From Geosiphon pyriformis uo1 (lineage: Eukaryota; Fungi; Glomeromycota): a DNA stretch of 64,000 nucleotides. Shown here piece by piece: positions 52,202 to 64,000 of this stretch. The stretch covers positions 729,050 to 793,049 of the forward strand of contig JAAOMT010000591.1 in the NCBI GenBank assembly GCA_016748015.1. The letters are read 5' to 3'. Position 1 is the first letter of the stretch, and each line of letters starts with the position of its first letter. The notes under the pieces were generated by a model. That model saw only the letters and a program-made list of their open reading frames with translations. It was not told where the DNA came from and ran no database searches. The translations under genes were made by a program, and so were the position numbers.

Positions 52202-54467
52202 TTTTTTTTTTTATTATATTTTAACGAGCGAGACCCAAATACTATCTAAACTATGATATCACATAAGGGATTACATGTGATCAGACACTCAGCCCAATTA
52301 AGGACTCACTACGCTGAATTAAAAGTAGGTGGAAATAATCCCAACCCATGAATTCTCTCAATGATACCATTCAGATTCCTAGAGTCAAAAATAAACTCAC
52401 TAAGAAACAATCTAGTAGACTCAATATTGCCTCTGGTTTCAGCACCAGACATACGCCACAAAGCAATAACATGCTCAATAGTGTCCTCACTTAGAAAGAA
52501 AGGCTTAGCAGCCAGCATACCATTATAATCTATATCACCAAAGTCAACTTCAGATTTAAGACAAGCAATGTCCTTGGAGACCCCAACCAAGAGATTAAAA
52601 AAATTGTTAGCAGCACTCTTCATAGAAATAAGATCCTTCTCAACCTGAACAGTCTTAACAGTATTATCATCAAGAAGATGAGACACCAAAGCAACCAAAG
52701 AACCAACAGACTTAACAATAGACTTAACCAGAGCAGCCAAATCCGAAATCTGCTTTTCCAAAGAGTCCAATCTAGAACCAACAGCAGGATTAGCAACAGA
52801 AGCAGCCAAAGAAGCCACCAAAGGAGGAAACTCAGAAAGACCAAAAGGAACAGCAGTCTTGGCATATGAAGCAGAATCCACAAAACGAGACTTGAAAATC
52901 TTGGGAACCTTGAGAGTGGGGGGTGGGGAAATCTTGCAATCCACAGCCAGATGGCCCATTTCTTGACACCTAAAGCAGCGCCAGCAGCCAGAAGTTTCCC
53001 ACCAGATATGGCATTTTCTCAGAGTACCAGTCTTGACTACAGCAGAATCCAGATTGCCTTAAGAGTCAAATGTAACCAAAGCAAACTGGGAATAATGACC
53101 AGAATCAGGAGAACGAGAAATAAAACATGTACGACCACCAATCTGAGAAATCATATCACTGATTTCAAAGACAGTACAACCAGAGGGAAGGTTGACCAAT
53201 TTGGCCTTAAACTTATCACGAGACAAAATAGTCTCATTTTGATTCATCAGAGGAAAGATTCGAACACTATTCTTGCCCACCAAGACTGACCAATGCTTCA
53301 AGGCAGACACAGCAGAGTCCAACTTTTCAAAATAAACCACCACATACTGCCAAATGCCAGCAGGCTTTAGCACAACATGAGCAACACTACCAAACACACT
53401 GAGAGCCAACTTAATGTTAACAGCAGATACACCCAAAGGTACATCACACAGTGCAACAACAGCAGAAGAGAAACCAAATTCAGAAACCACCAAAGACTTG
53501 GCAATTTTGAGAGTGGTCAAATGAACAGAGCTTGTAAGCTCAACCAGAAATGCAGTTTCCAAAGACTGTTGAGAAGCAAACTCCACACAGAAAAGCTTCA
53601 CATTGTCTTTTGAAACAGATTTGGCACCCAAGAAACCATGCACAAACTGAAAAACAGTCTTAACATGAGCCAATTTGGTCTTGAAAGTAGCACCAGGCAC
53701 CAGAGTAGAGGCCACCCACTCAGCAAACCTTTGACAACTAGTAATAGTTTCCCAAGCACTACCAGAAGTAGCACCAGAAACTAGAGAAGGAGATAAATCA
53801 GTTTCCATTTGATCAGCTCAGTTCTCAAGAACAGGTGACCCAACAGGAAGAGATTGTTTTGCTTCTAAAACCGGCGATGATCTGCCGGAAAACATCACAT
53901 TTGGCAACACAGTCAGTGGTTGATCTTGGCCTATCTTGGATAACGTGCCAGATGATGCTACTGAGATCTCATCTAAGATCTCATTGGGAACCACAAAGGG
54001 GTTCAGTGTAACAATAGCAGAGGCAAGCAACTGCCCCCACTTTTTTGAACTTTTGGTCTTTTTGACCATTTTTTTTGAAGAGATGGTGCCAGAAGCACCA
54101 GGTGTTGAGTCTATAGAGGGGAAGACCAGCTTATTTACTAGTCTATTATTAAAAACTTTTAGGCTCTTAGTCGGGGTGAAGGCAACACTAGGACTAACCC
54201 AAGTGTGTCTCTTTGAAGGAACTTTGACTGATAAAAAACCAGCCAAAGATGGGGAAGTTGATTCAGTGGCTACCAAAGGCAGCTTTTCACGATTACTGGG
54301 TAAGAGGAAGGCTTCTAAAACGTTTTGTCTAGTTGCTTCTACAACAGAAAGAGCTCCTCTGGTTAAAATTTTATTAGATATCTTAGGACAGATATCAGGT
54401 GCAGCCTTTTCACTTTTTGCTCTGATCGTGGTCATAAAATTAAGAAGACAAAGAGTTTTAATTTTGG
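52202..54467 (-). mobile_element. Complete ORF1-only retroposon, copy 3: ~30-nt 5' UTR, 708-codon frame (54435-52309), ~100-nt 3' UTR, poly(A)
   Basis: The three ORF pieces share one frame (RRMs, CFRCQEMGHLAVDC, coiled coil). TSD TCTTAGTTTTT at 52191-52201 and 54468-54478. Confidence 0.88.
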
Positions 54468-55663
54468 TCTTAGTTTTTAATTTAATTTTAAGTTTTTTTG
54501 TATACTTAATTCTATTTTTTAAAATATTAATAAAGTTAAAAGTTTTTTGTTTTTTAAGTAAAAAAAAACTTTTTAATAATTAATTATACAACTGTATTTT
54601 TTGAAAATGTTTACTGTAAAACTAAAGTAAAAATTTTTGGATTAATATTATTAATGTATTTGTTTTAAAATATATTTTTAAATATAATAAATATAATAAT
54701 ATTATTATTAATTTAACTATTATTTGTATACATTATTATTGATTATATTTTTTAATGCCAATTTTGTTGTTAATTTTGTTTTTAATAAAAATTATTAAAT
54801 TTTTAATAAGTTATTTATTTTAAAGTATTTTTTTATATATTTAATTATAATATTATTTTGAGTTCTAATATTTTTTTTGTTAATAATTTATAAAATTTTT
54901 AAAAACTAATCTATATTTTAACAAATTACAGATTATTTTAATAAATTATTAAATATTATAACAAAATTTTAAATTTTATATAGTTTAATTTAATATATAA
55001 TTATTGTATTTAATTATATTTGTATATTATACAAATTAAATTATTAATTAAATAATAATATTTAAATAATAAATTATAAAAATTAAAATAATATTATGTT
55101 TAAATATAAATAATTTTACATTAATTAATAATTTAATTTTTATTTATAATAATACAAAGCTAAATTAAAGTTAAAATATTCGAATTTTTGAATAATTGTT
55201 AAATTAAAAAACATAAAATTAATATTATTTATAAAAAAAATTAAAAATAGATTAAATTAAAATTAAAATTATTTAAATATTTTAAATAATAAAAAACTAA
55301 TTATATAATTAGTAAAACATATTTATTTAGTTATATATTATTTTATAATTTTTTTGAATTTTTTTTGTGTAGTTGTAATAAAATTAATATATAATAAGTT
55401 GTTAATTATTAAATATAAGATAAAAACAATTTTAATTATATTATTATTATTTATATTAATTATAGTATTTTAAAATTATTTGATTATATTTTTAAATATG
55501 TTAACAATTTGGTTTTAAAAATAAAAGTAGTATTAAAAATATTATTATTTAATATTAATAGTTTAATTTAATAATTGGTAAATTAAAATTTTTGTTTTAA
55601 TTTCTTAAATAATATTAATAATTTTTTTGAATTTAAATTTGGACTTTTTAATTTTTGGTTTAT

Positions 55664-55853
55664 TTTTATTATTATTATTATTTAACGAGTGAGGTCCAAA
55701 CACCACCTAGTGCTATACATCAAAGAAATAATCTAAACTAGGCGTGAATCATGTACTTTCTACACGTGACCAGCCACTCGAGTCGATCAGAACTGAGACC
55801 GAGTCACTTATACCTGAGAAAAATAAACAAGATTTGCGGAACCCAAAACGAAC
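55664..55853 (-). mobile_element. 190-bp SINE-like or 5'-truncated retroposon with (TAA)n tail
   Basis: 9-bp TSD TTGGTTTAT (55655-55663 and 55854-55862); 3' end homologous to the 3' UTR of copy 3. Confidence 0.75.
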
Positions 55854-56035
55854 TTGGTTTATATAATAATTTATATAATTAATTTTGTGTATTATTTTTT
55901 TTACATAATAAGTTAAATGTTTTTGTTAATGTAATATAATTTGACTAAATTAAATGACTAATTATATGTAAAAAAAATATAAATTATAATTATTTATAAA
56001 ATATTATAAATTTAATTAATATTTAGATTATATTT

Positions 56036-56069
<34 letters not shown>

Positions 56070-57049
56070 TAATATATATATATTTAAATATTATTATTTA
56101 AATAAAAAATTATTTTATGTATTAATTTTTTTTATTAATAATTTAACTAAATATGATTTTTTTATTACTTATTTTAATTATATTATAAATATAAATTATG
56201 TATTTTTAATATATAAATAAATTAAAATTAATAAATATTTATCTATTTTTTAATTAAAAATACTTAATGCTCTTATTTTATTAAATAATTTGTAAATATT
56301 TGTTGTTATAAAACTGATTTTTTATAATTTAAACAATTTTTGGTTAATTGTCAATTTAAAAATGTAATTAAAATTAATTAACAATCTAATTAGAATAATT
56401 AATTTTAATAATGTAAATAAAATTATTATTTATTATTAATAGTTTTATTAAAATAATTAAAATTTTAAAAAAATAAAAAAATAATTTTATATTTATTAAT
56501 TAATTAATTATTAAATAATACTATTTATTATATATGTATTTTTTAATATTATAAGTATTTTTTTAAATAAGTTTTCATAATTTAATACTTTATATAATAA
56601 ATAAATTTAAAGATTTAGATATTTAAAAGTTTTATTAATTGAATTTTTTTTATAAATTTAAATAATTATATATTTTATAATAAAGCTTCTAAATATATAT
56701 AAACATAATTAAAAAATTTAAATCTATTATATTATATATAATATACTTAAATAAAATAAATTATAATATTTTTTTAATTATTATTAACAATTTTTTATAA
56801 ACAAACTTTATAATTTTATTTTAATTAATATATTATAACAAAATAAAATTTTTTTATTATTTAATTTATAAAACACATATAATTTATATTAAATATAAAT
56901 TATGTACTTTTTACATATAATTAATTAAATTTATATTAAAATTTTATTAAGCTAAATCAGAAAAAATAAGAATTGTTATCAACAGAAATTTAAGATATTA
57001 TTTACATAAAATTATTTTTATAATTTTAATTATTAATTAGTATATATTA

Positions 57050-60000
57050 TTATTTTAATTTATTACTTATTATTTTATCAAATTAATCGAATTATTATTA
57101 ATTAATAATCTAATTTATACAAAATATAAATATAACCAAATTATAATAATTAGATTATGTAATACACTAAATTATATAACATTTAAAATTTACTGAAATA
57201 TTTACTAATTTAATAAAATATTTAATAATTTACTAAAATAATTCATAATTTGCAAAAATAATTTGTAGTTTATTAAAATGCATTTTTAATTTGCCAAAAT
57301 ATTAGAAAAATAAAATAATAAATTATAAAATAATATTATAACAAGTTATATAAAAGAAAAACTTTTTTTTTAAAAAAATATATTTTGGTTCATAATATTT
57401 TTCTTAAAATCTTAAATCTTAAATATTATTTTCTTTACAAATCAATAAATTTATTTTAAAAACCAATTTTTTAAAAACTATTATTGCTATAAAAGTAACT
57501 GTTTTCTACTAATATTTTGAAATTAATTAGCTATTAATTTTAGTAACTATTAATAACTTTTAGGCCTAAATTCAAAACAATTCTCTTAAACATATTTTTT
57601 ATTTTTTTTTGGTTTATTTTTTTTTATATTATTAAATAGTTTATAATCAAATTTTTTTGTAAAAAAGGTAACTTTTATAGTAAAGTAATTACATATTATT
57701 TTAAAAGACTTACAAATAAGATTTTTTTATAAAAAATTAATTTTTATTACAAAACAACTATATAAGCAATTGATACAAAATTGGTTATTTTATTATAGGC
57801 CCAACAGCATATATAATCTAAAATATAAAAAGATATTTTGAAAGAAAAATTAACTTATTAAAAGTTTATTAGCTTTTATCAACAATAGAATTAATAATAA
57901 AATAGTATTAACAATATTAAAAAAAAGATAAAAAAATTTTTAGTAACAAAATAAATTTAGTTAATTAAGTTTCTTAATAATATTATTCAAATTTTAAGTA
58001 TTAAAAATAAAATTACTAAAAAACAGTTTAATTTTTTTAATACTATTCTTAATATTAAAATCATATATTTATTATAAAATGACTAAATATTTAAAAATGT
58101 CTTTATTTAAAAAAATAATTTGGCAATATTTATATTATTATTATCTATATTACCAAATTTTATTTTACAAAGTTTTTAAATATATTAGTCAAAAAATAAG
58201 CAAAATTTTTAGAAACATTTAATATTATAAACAATTTTTTTTTTATTTTGTAATTTTTACATATATTTTTAGTTAAAAAAAAAATAACCAAAGTAACCAA
58301 AAAACTAATTGGTTTAATAATAAATTTAATTAAATTAACTAAACTTACAATCTGAGATTTTAGAGAATTTAACTTAAATTTAAATTCAAAATTAACAACA
58401 AAAATAACCAAAAAATAATACAAAAAGAATTTAAAATAAGAATTTAATGAACTAAATTAAACTTTAAATACTGTTTAAATTTGGTTTGAATTATAAATTA
58501 AACTTAAACCAAATTATATTTTTAAAGTAAATTTAATTTAAATTTAAAGTTAAATCTTTTTAACAGAGTTGAGTTTAGTTTAAATCTAGTTTAAAGTCTA
58601 TAAACTTGTTTAAATTTAATAAAATTAAAAAAATTATATATTTTGTATTACTTACTTATTAATTATTATTTTGTTTAATTATTATAATTAGTTAAAAATA
58701 TATATAAAATTATATAAGTATAATAACTTTACTTTTTAACTTACTAAAATAAATTTATTGTTTAATATTATTAAAAACTTAAAATCTAAAATAATAAAAT
58801 TTAATAATTTAAATAATTCAAATATTAATATTTTTAATAAACATAAATTTTAAAATAAAATATAAACTTATTTTAATAAATTTAAGTAAACAAAAAAAAA
58901 CAGCTAAATATATAGTCTTAAAATATATATAAAATTTTTTTTTTGTAAAACTATAAATACTACTAAATATTTATAATATTATTTGAAGACTTTTTATTAA
59001 ACAGTATATATCATAATAAAAAAATATTATAAGAAAAAACAAAATGTTTAAAAAAATTACAAATCAATTAAAAAAATAATTTAACAAATAAAATTACTAT
59101 TTTTTTATAATTTTTAACCAATTTAACTAAAAAACTGCTTTAGCTTTTTGTAATAATTGCTATTAATATTAATAATAAAAAACTTTGTAATATCATTACT
59201 ATTGTTATTAGTAGAATTTTAATTAATAATTAATATAAAATTACTTTTATAATTCTTATTATTAATTAGCATATATTATTATTATTTTAATTATTACTAT
59301 TATTTAATTATATTATCAAATATTACTATCTAATTAGTAACTTAATTTATATAATAGACAAATACAATGATTAGATTATGCAATATTTTGAACTCTGTAA
59401 ACATTCAAAATTTGCCAAAATTTATAGAAATTTATGAAAAATCTTAATAATTTACTAAAATAATTTATAGTTTGTAAAAACAACTTGTAGTTTATTAAAA
59501 TATATCTTTAGTTTGACAAAATAATAGCAAAAAAAAGTATAAATTTATAGACTAGTACTACAACAAGTTGTATAAAAAAGAGCTTTTTTTTCGAAAAAAT
59601 ATATTTTAGCTAGAATTATCTTTATTAGAAATATTTTTTCTTAGTATCTATACAAATTACTTCAATAAATAAATACATTGAAAAACAACAAAAATTATAA
59701 TTATTTTGTTTAAAATTTCTTAAAATCTTTATTAATGTTTTGAAATTAATTAACTATTAATTTTAGTAATTTATTAGTAATTCCAAATTTAGACAAAAGA
59801 CAATTCTTTTAATGAAATTTTTTTTTTACATTTTTTTATAATTTTTTTATTATATATATTAAAATAGTTTACAGACAAAATTTTTGTAAAAGAGTTAACT
59901 TTTACAACAAAATAACTACATATTTTTAATGAGCTTCTAGATGATTATTTTCCGAAAAAAAATTATTTTTTACTGCAAAATAGCTATATAAATAACTAAC

Positions 60001-60150
60001 ACAAAATTGGCTATTTTATTTATAAGTTTAGCAATTCAAATTATAAGAAATAATTTGAAGATAAATTCAGTTATCAAAAATTTAACAGCTTTTAATAATT
60101 AAAGATTAACAGCAAAATAACAAAAACAACATTTAAGAAAAGAGATTAAA
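57050..60150 (+). repeat. Two diverged copies (~57050-57940 and ~59280-60150) of an eroded ~0.9-kb repeat
   Basis: Shared TTAGATTATG.AATA...TAATAATTTACTAAAATAATT...TGTAGTTTATTAAAAT...ACAAAATTGG.TATTTT blocks about 2.2 kb apart. Confidence 0.7.
58050..58425 (-). pseudogene. AT-eroded remnant of the ORF1-only element's coiled-coil region
   Basis: KLNSLKSQIVSLVNLIKFIIKPISFLVTLV vs RLDSLEKQISDLAALVKSIVKSVGSLVALV. Confidence 0.6.
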
Positions 60151-63063
60151 AATTTCCATAATATTATATAGTTTATTAATTAATAATAATTATTTATTAT
60201 AGTAAAAAACTTTAAATTAATTAAAATATTCTATTATTTAAATTTTATTACTTAATCTGTTTGTGTTAATATAATTAAAAATAGAGTCATAAAACTTTAT
60301 ATCTTAAATAAACAAAAATTAAAAAAAGTACTACTTTTATTATAAAATGTTTTTTTATTTTACTTATACTTATAATAAACAATAATTGATTTTGGTTTAA
60401 TAAATAAATAATAGAATAGAATAAATATTATGAATGAATTTTTTAAAGTATTAAAAAATTAAAAAATTACATTAAAAATATATATATATATTTTTTGTAT
60501 GAATTTAACTTAGTTTATAACCAATAATAAAATTAATATATTATATAGCAAATTAATATTATTTAAAACTCAAAGATATTATAGTGCTTATATTATTAAA
60601 AATTATATTTTTTTAATATTAACTTAAATTGGTTTTTATTATTGCTCTAAAACCAAATTTTTAGTATTAATATTATTTAAAATTTAGAATTATTATAGTA
60701 CTTATATTATTAAAAATTGTATATTATTAAAAATCATGTTTTTTTAATATTAATTTAAGTGGTTTTTATCATTATTTTAAGCCAAATTTTTAGCCAAAAA
60801 ATTAAAAAAAACCATTTAATAAAACTTACAACATTTTTAAATTTGATGTTTTAATCATATTTTTAATTTAACAGTATAAATAATTCTAAATAAAATAAAA
60901 AATAATGTTTTTAAAATATTTATTAAAAACCCAAACCAAATATAATTTACTTAAAATTTTTTTTAATGTAAATTTTATATAATTTAAGATTAGAAAACTT
61001 AATTTTATAATTTATATATTATTTTAATATTTTAAATTTTTTGAATATATTTGTAATATATGTCAAATTAAATATTATAAATTTATTTTGGATTGTATTA
61101 TTTAGTAAAATCTTATTTATAATATGATTAAAAACAAGTTATTTTTTAAATTAACAAGTTTTTTATTTCTGATTTTATATATTTGAATACAAAAATTCTA
61201 ATTATAAATTTATAAACATTTAATATTCTTATTAACACTTACATTAATTTTTATTAATATGTTATTTTATATAATTATTGAATTGTTTTTAATAAAATTA
61301 TTAAATTCTTTAAATTATTTAAAAATATTATAGTCAAAATATTAGTCAGTTTAAATAATATTGTCTTCTTAATTATTTTATTTTTTAATATTATTTTTAA
61401 TTTTAAAGATATAATTAATAATAATAAATCTGTAAAATATTATAATTTCAATTAAATTTATTTATTTATTTTAACATATTTAATATTAAATTTATTATTT
61501 GTTATAATAATTAAAATAATAATAAAAAATTAGTTGAATATTATTCTAAAACAAATACAATTGTAATATTTTATATTGTGTTGAATTTAAAAAAAAATTC
61601 TATTACAAAAAATTTTTTTTAGATAATGATATTAATAAAACAAAAAAATTGTAAATTATTTATTTAATTAAATAATTTTATTTTCTAATTTTTATATAAT
61701 AAATAAATCTTTAAAATATATACTTTTTTTAAAACAAAATACATATTAATTATTATATATATTAAATAACAGTTTTTTATTGAATAAAAATTTTAATAAT
61801 ACAATAATATTAGTTATATAGTTTATATTAGAAACAAACTTTAATAATAATAATAATAAAAACTTTACAAAATTAATTGTTATATCTTTGAAAAAATAAT
61901 CAATAAAAAATAAATATAATAATATAATAAAAAGTATATTGCAAAAAATATCTATTTAAATTATTATTTTATTAAAAATTTGATATTTAAGTATATTAGA
62001 CATAATTTTTTTATTTTGCATATATAATTTATAATTATTTGGCAATTTAAAAATTATTTATTGCTTTTAAACATTTTTTTTTGCAGATAAAAATATGATT
62101 GCAAATATAAAGTTTTGTTTAATATCTAAAACTATAAAAACAGTATAGTATTTTTAATTATAAATACAAAAATTATTAAAAAAAATAATATAACATAATT
62201 TTTAATAATTAAATTTGAATATATTTATAAACTTTAAATTAAACTTAAACCAAACTTGTTGTTTGAATTTAAGTTTAATTCAGATTTAATAATTTAAGTT
62301 TAATTTAATTTTAAGTTTAAAATTTAGCCAAAATTTTTATTTAAGTTAAGTTTAATTTAATAATTTAATTAAACTTAAATTAAATTAAACCAAATATTAA
62401 AATTTTAAGCCAAAAAAATAAAAAAAAAGAACCAAAAAAACAGAAGCCTTAATATAGAATTTTTTACTAATAAATATTAATATAAAAAATCTAAAGTTAA
62501 TAACAAACTTGACAAATGACTTAAAAAAAAAAAAATAAAACAAATACAATTATCAACTTGAAAAAACAAATTATTAATTTTAAAAACAGTACAACTAAAG
62601 AAAAAACTAACCAATTTAGTCTTAAAAGTATTTTTTAAAATAATAATTTTTTTTGATTAAGCAAAAAAAAGATTCTAATACTATTTTTTTTAATTAGTAC
62701 AAACTTGTTGTTAAAAACAACAATAACAAAAATTTTTTTTTAAAATAAACAATAGTATATTATTACAAGTTAATAAGCTTTAATTTAACCAAAATAACAA
62801 TTCTAAAAACACCAAAAATATTTTTGATATTATTAAAAAATAGATTAAAAAATTATTATAATATACAACAAAAGTAAAAAAAAAACCAAAAGTTATTACA
62901 AAAGATTTTACAATTTTAAGTATAGTCAAAAAAATTATTAATTACAACTTTGGTAACAATAATTAAAAAAATTAAAAAGCAAAATCTATATAAAACAATT
63001 TAATATTGTTTTTTAAAACTGACTTAAACTTAATAAAGCCAGATAACAACTTGAATAAAAAAA

Positions 63064-64000
63064 CCAATTAAAACTTTTTTTTCTCATCAATCTTCTGACC
63101 ACAATAAGAGCGAAAGATATTTTTGAAGAAATCGCTTTTTCTTTTCTCTCTCCCCTCAATCTCTGTTAACTATTTCTTCTAACTTATCTTTATTTGTTGT
63201 GATGGAACTGGTGGGCTCATCTGCTGGTGGTTTTGGTTTAAGTTCAGCTGGTTTGGGGACCTGCCAGAGTGCTAAAAACAAATGTGTTGATATAGTCTAC
63301 TCCCATGGTGCATCCTACAAAAAGCCTAAAAAGCCTGCAGCTAGCATTTTGGTTGAGTTGTCTGCTGGTTCTCTATGTTTGGAAGATTTGGGTGGTAACA
63401 ATAGTAAGCTGGCAGCATCCTGGAGAAGCAGAGTGGGCAGTGTTTCTGGCAGTGTAAGTGGTTTTTTGGATGTCGAGAACTTGGAGAACTTGGTTGCTGA
63501 GAAGACAAGCTATGTTGATTTAGGTAAGGATGATGAAATGAATGAGACTATGCTGCAAAGAACTTGCATTTGAATGTATGTGTTAGAACAATCTCTTAAG
63601 GCATCTTTATTTGCTACTATGAATAATAATAATGATGACTCTATGTTGCCATCTCCTAAAATCAGTAGGTCCAATCAGCTGTCCTCTTCTAATTCACATG
63701 TTTTCGAGAGTCATAGTTTTGGGCCAGTAAAATTGTTTGCTCTGGATGTGAATTTGTTAGCTGTTTCTGGCAGGACTAATAGTAATAAGCTCATGTTTAT
63801 CAAAAAATTTTTTTACAAAGTTGATGGTTTTTGAGGAGCTTCAACTCCCTCAAAATTTCCTGGTGTTATTTGTTCAACTTTCACAAGTGAGTTTAGTTTG
63901 ATTAAGGCCAGGAAATTGACAGTCTGTGAAAATATTGTTGTCAATAGTAATCTCAAAAAAACAAACATTTGTTTGAATCGGGAAGTGATCATTAAGGAGA
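63064..64000 (+). mobile_element. 5' end of a LINE (5' UTR + degenerate ORF1), running off the window
   Basis: ORF1 MELVGSSAGG... is homologous to the fossil at 43700-44350, which is followed by EN/RT. Confidence 0.75.

Overview
Eukaryotic, intron-containing, very AT-rich fungal DNA. The repeat ORFs resemble Glomeromycotina elements, and from recall Geosiphon-like ones; this assignment is an inference. 1-30.7 kb is a nest of degenerate retroelements. It holds several rearranged copies of Ty3/gypsy family A, a full-length 10.1-kb dUTPase-carrying Ty3/gypsy family B (5334-15479, TTGC TSD) inserted in A's protease, a solo LTR split by a clean 3.1-kb inversion, LINE fragments and ORF1-only poly(A) retroposons. 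Host genes are a PARP (BRCT-WGR-regulatory-catalytic), a divergent Crinkler-type P-loop NTPase/nuclease gene with a frameshift (partly duplicated across an N gap, probably an assembly artefact) and NPL4. 40-46.7 kb and 54.5-63 kb are extreme AT deserts in which fossil elements are still readable. Highlights: (1) a LINE / ORF1-only ('half-LINE') / 190-bp SINE-like trio linked by shared 5' and 3' terminal motifs; (2) a ~215-aa non-Env ORF3 reading through the PPT in two different gypsy families; (3) essentially pure C>T/G>A hypermutation of repeats (RIP-like); (4) a TIR element carrying intron-containing gene fragments.
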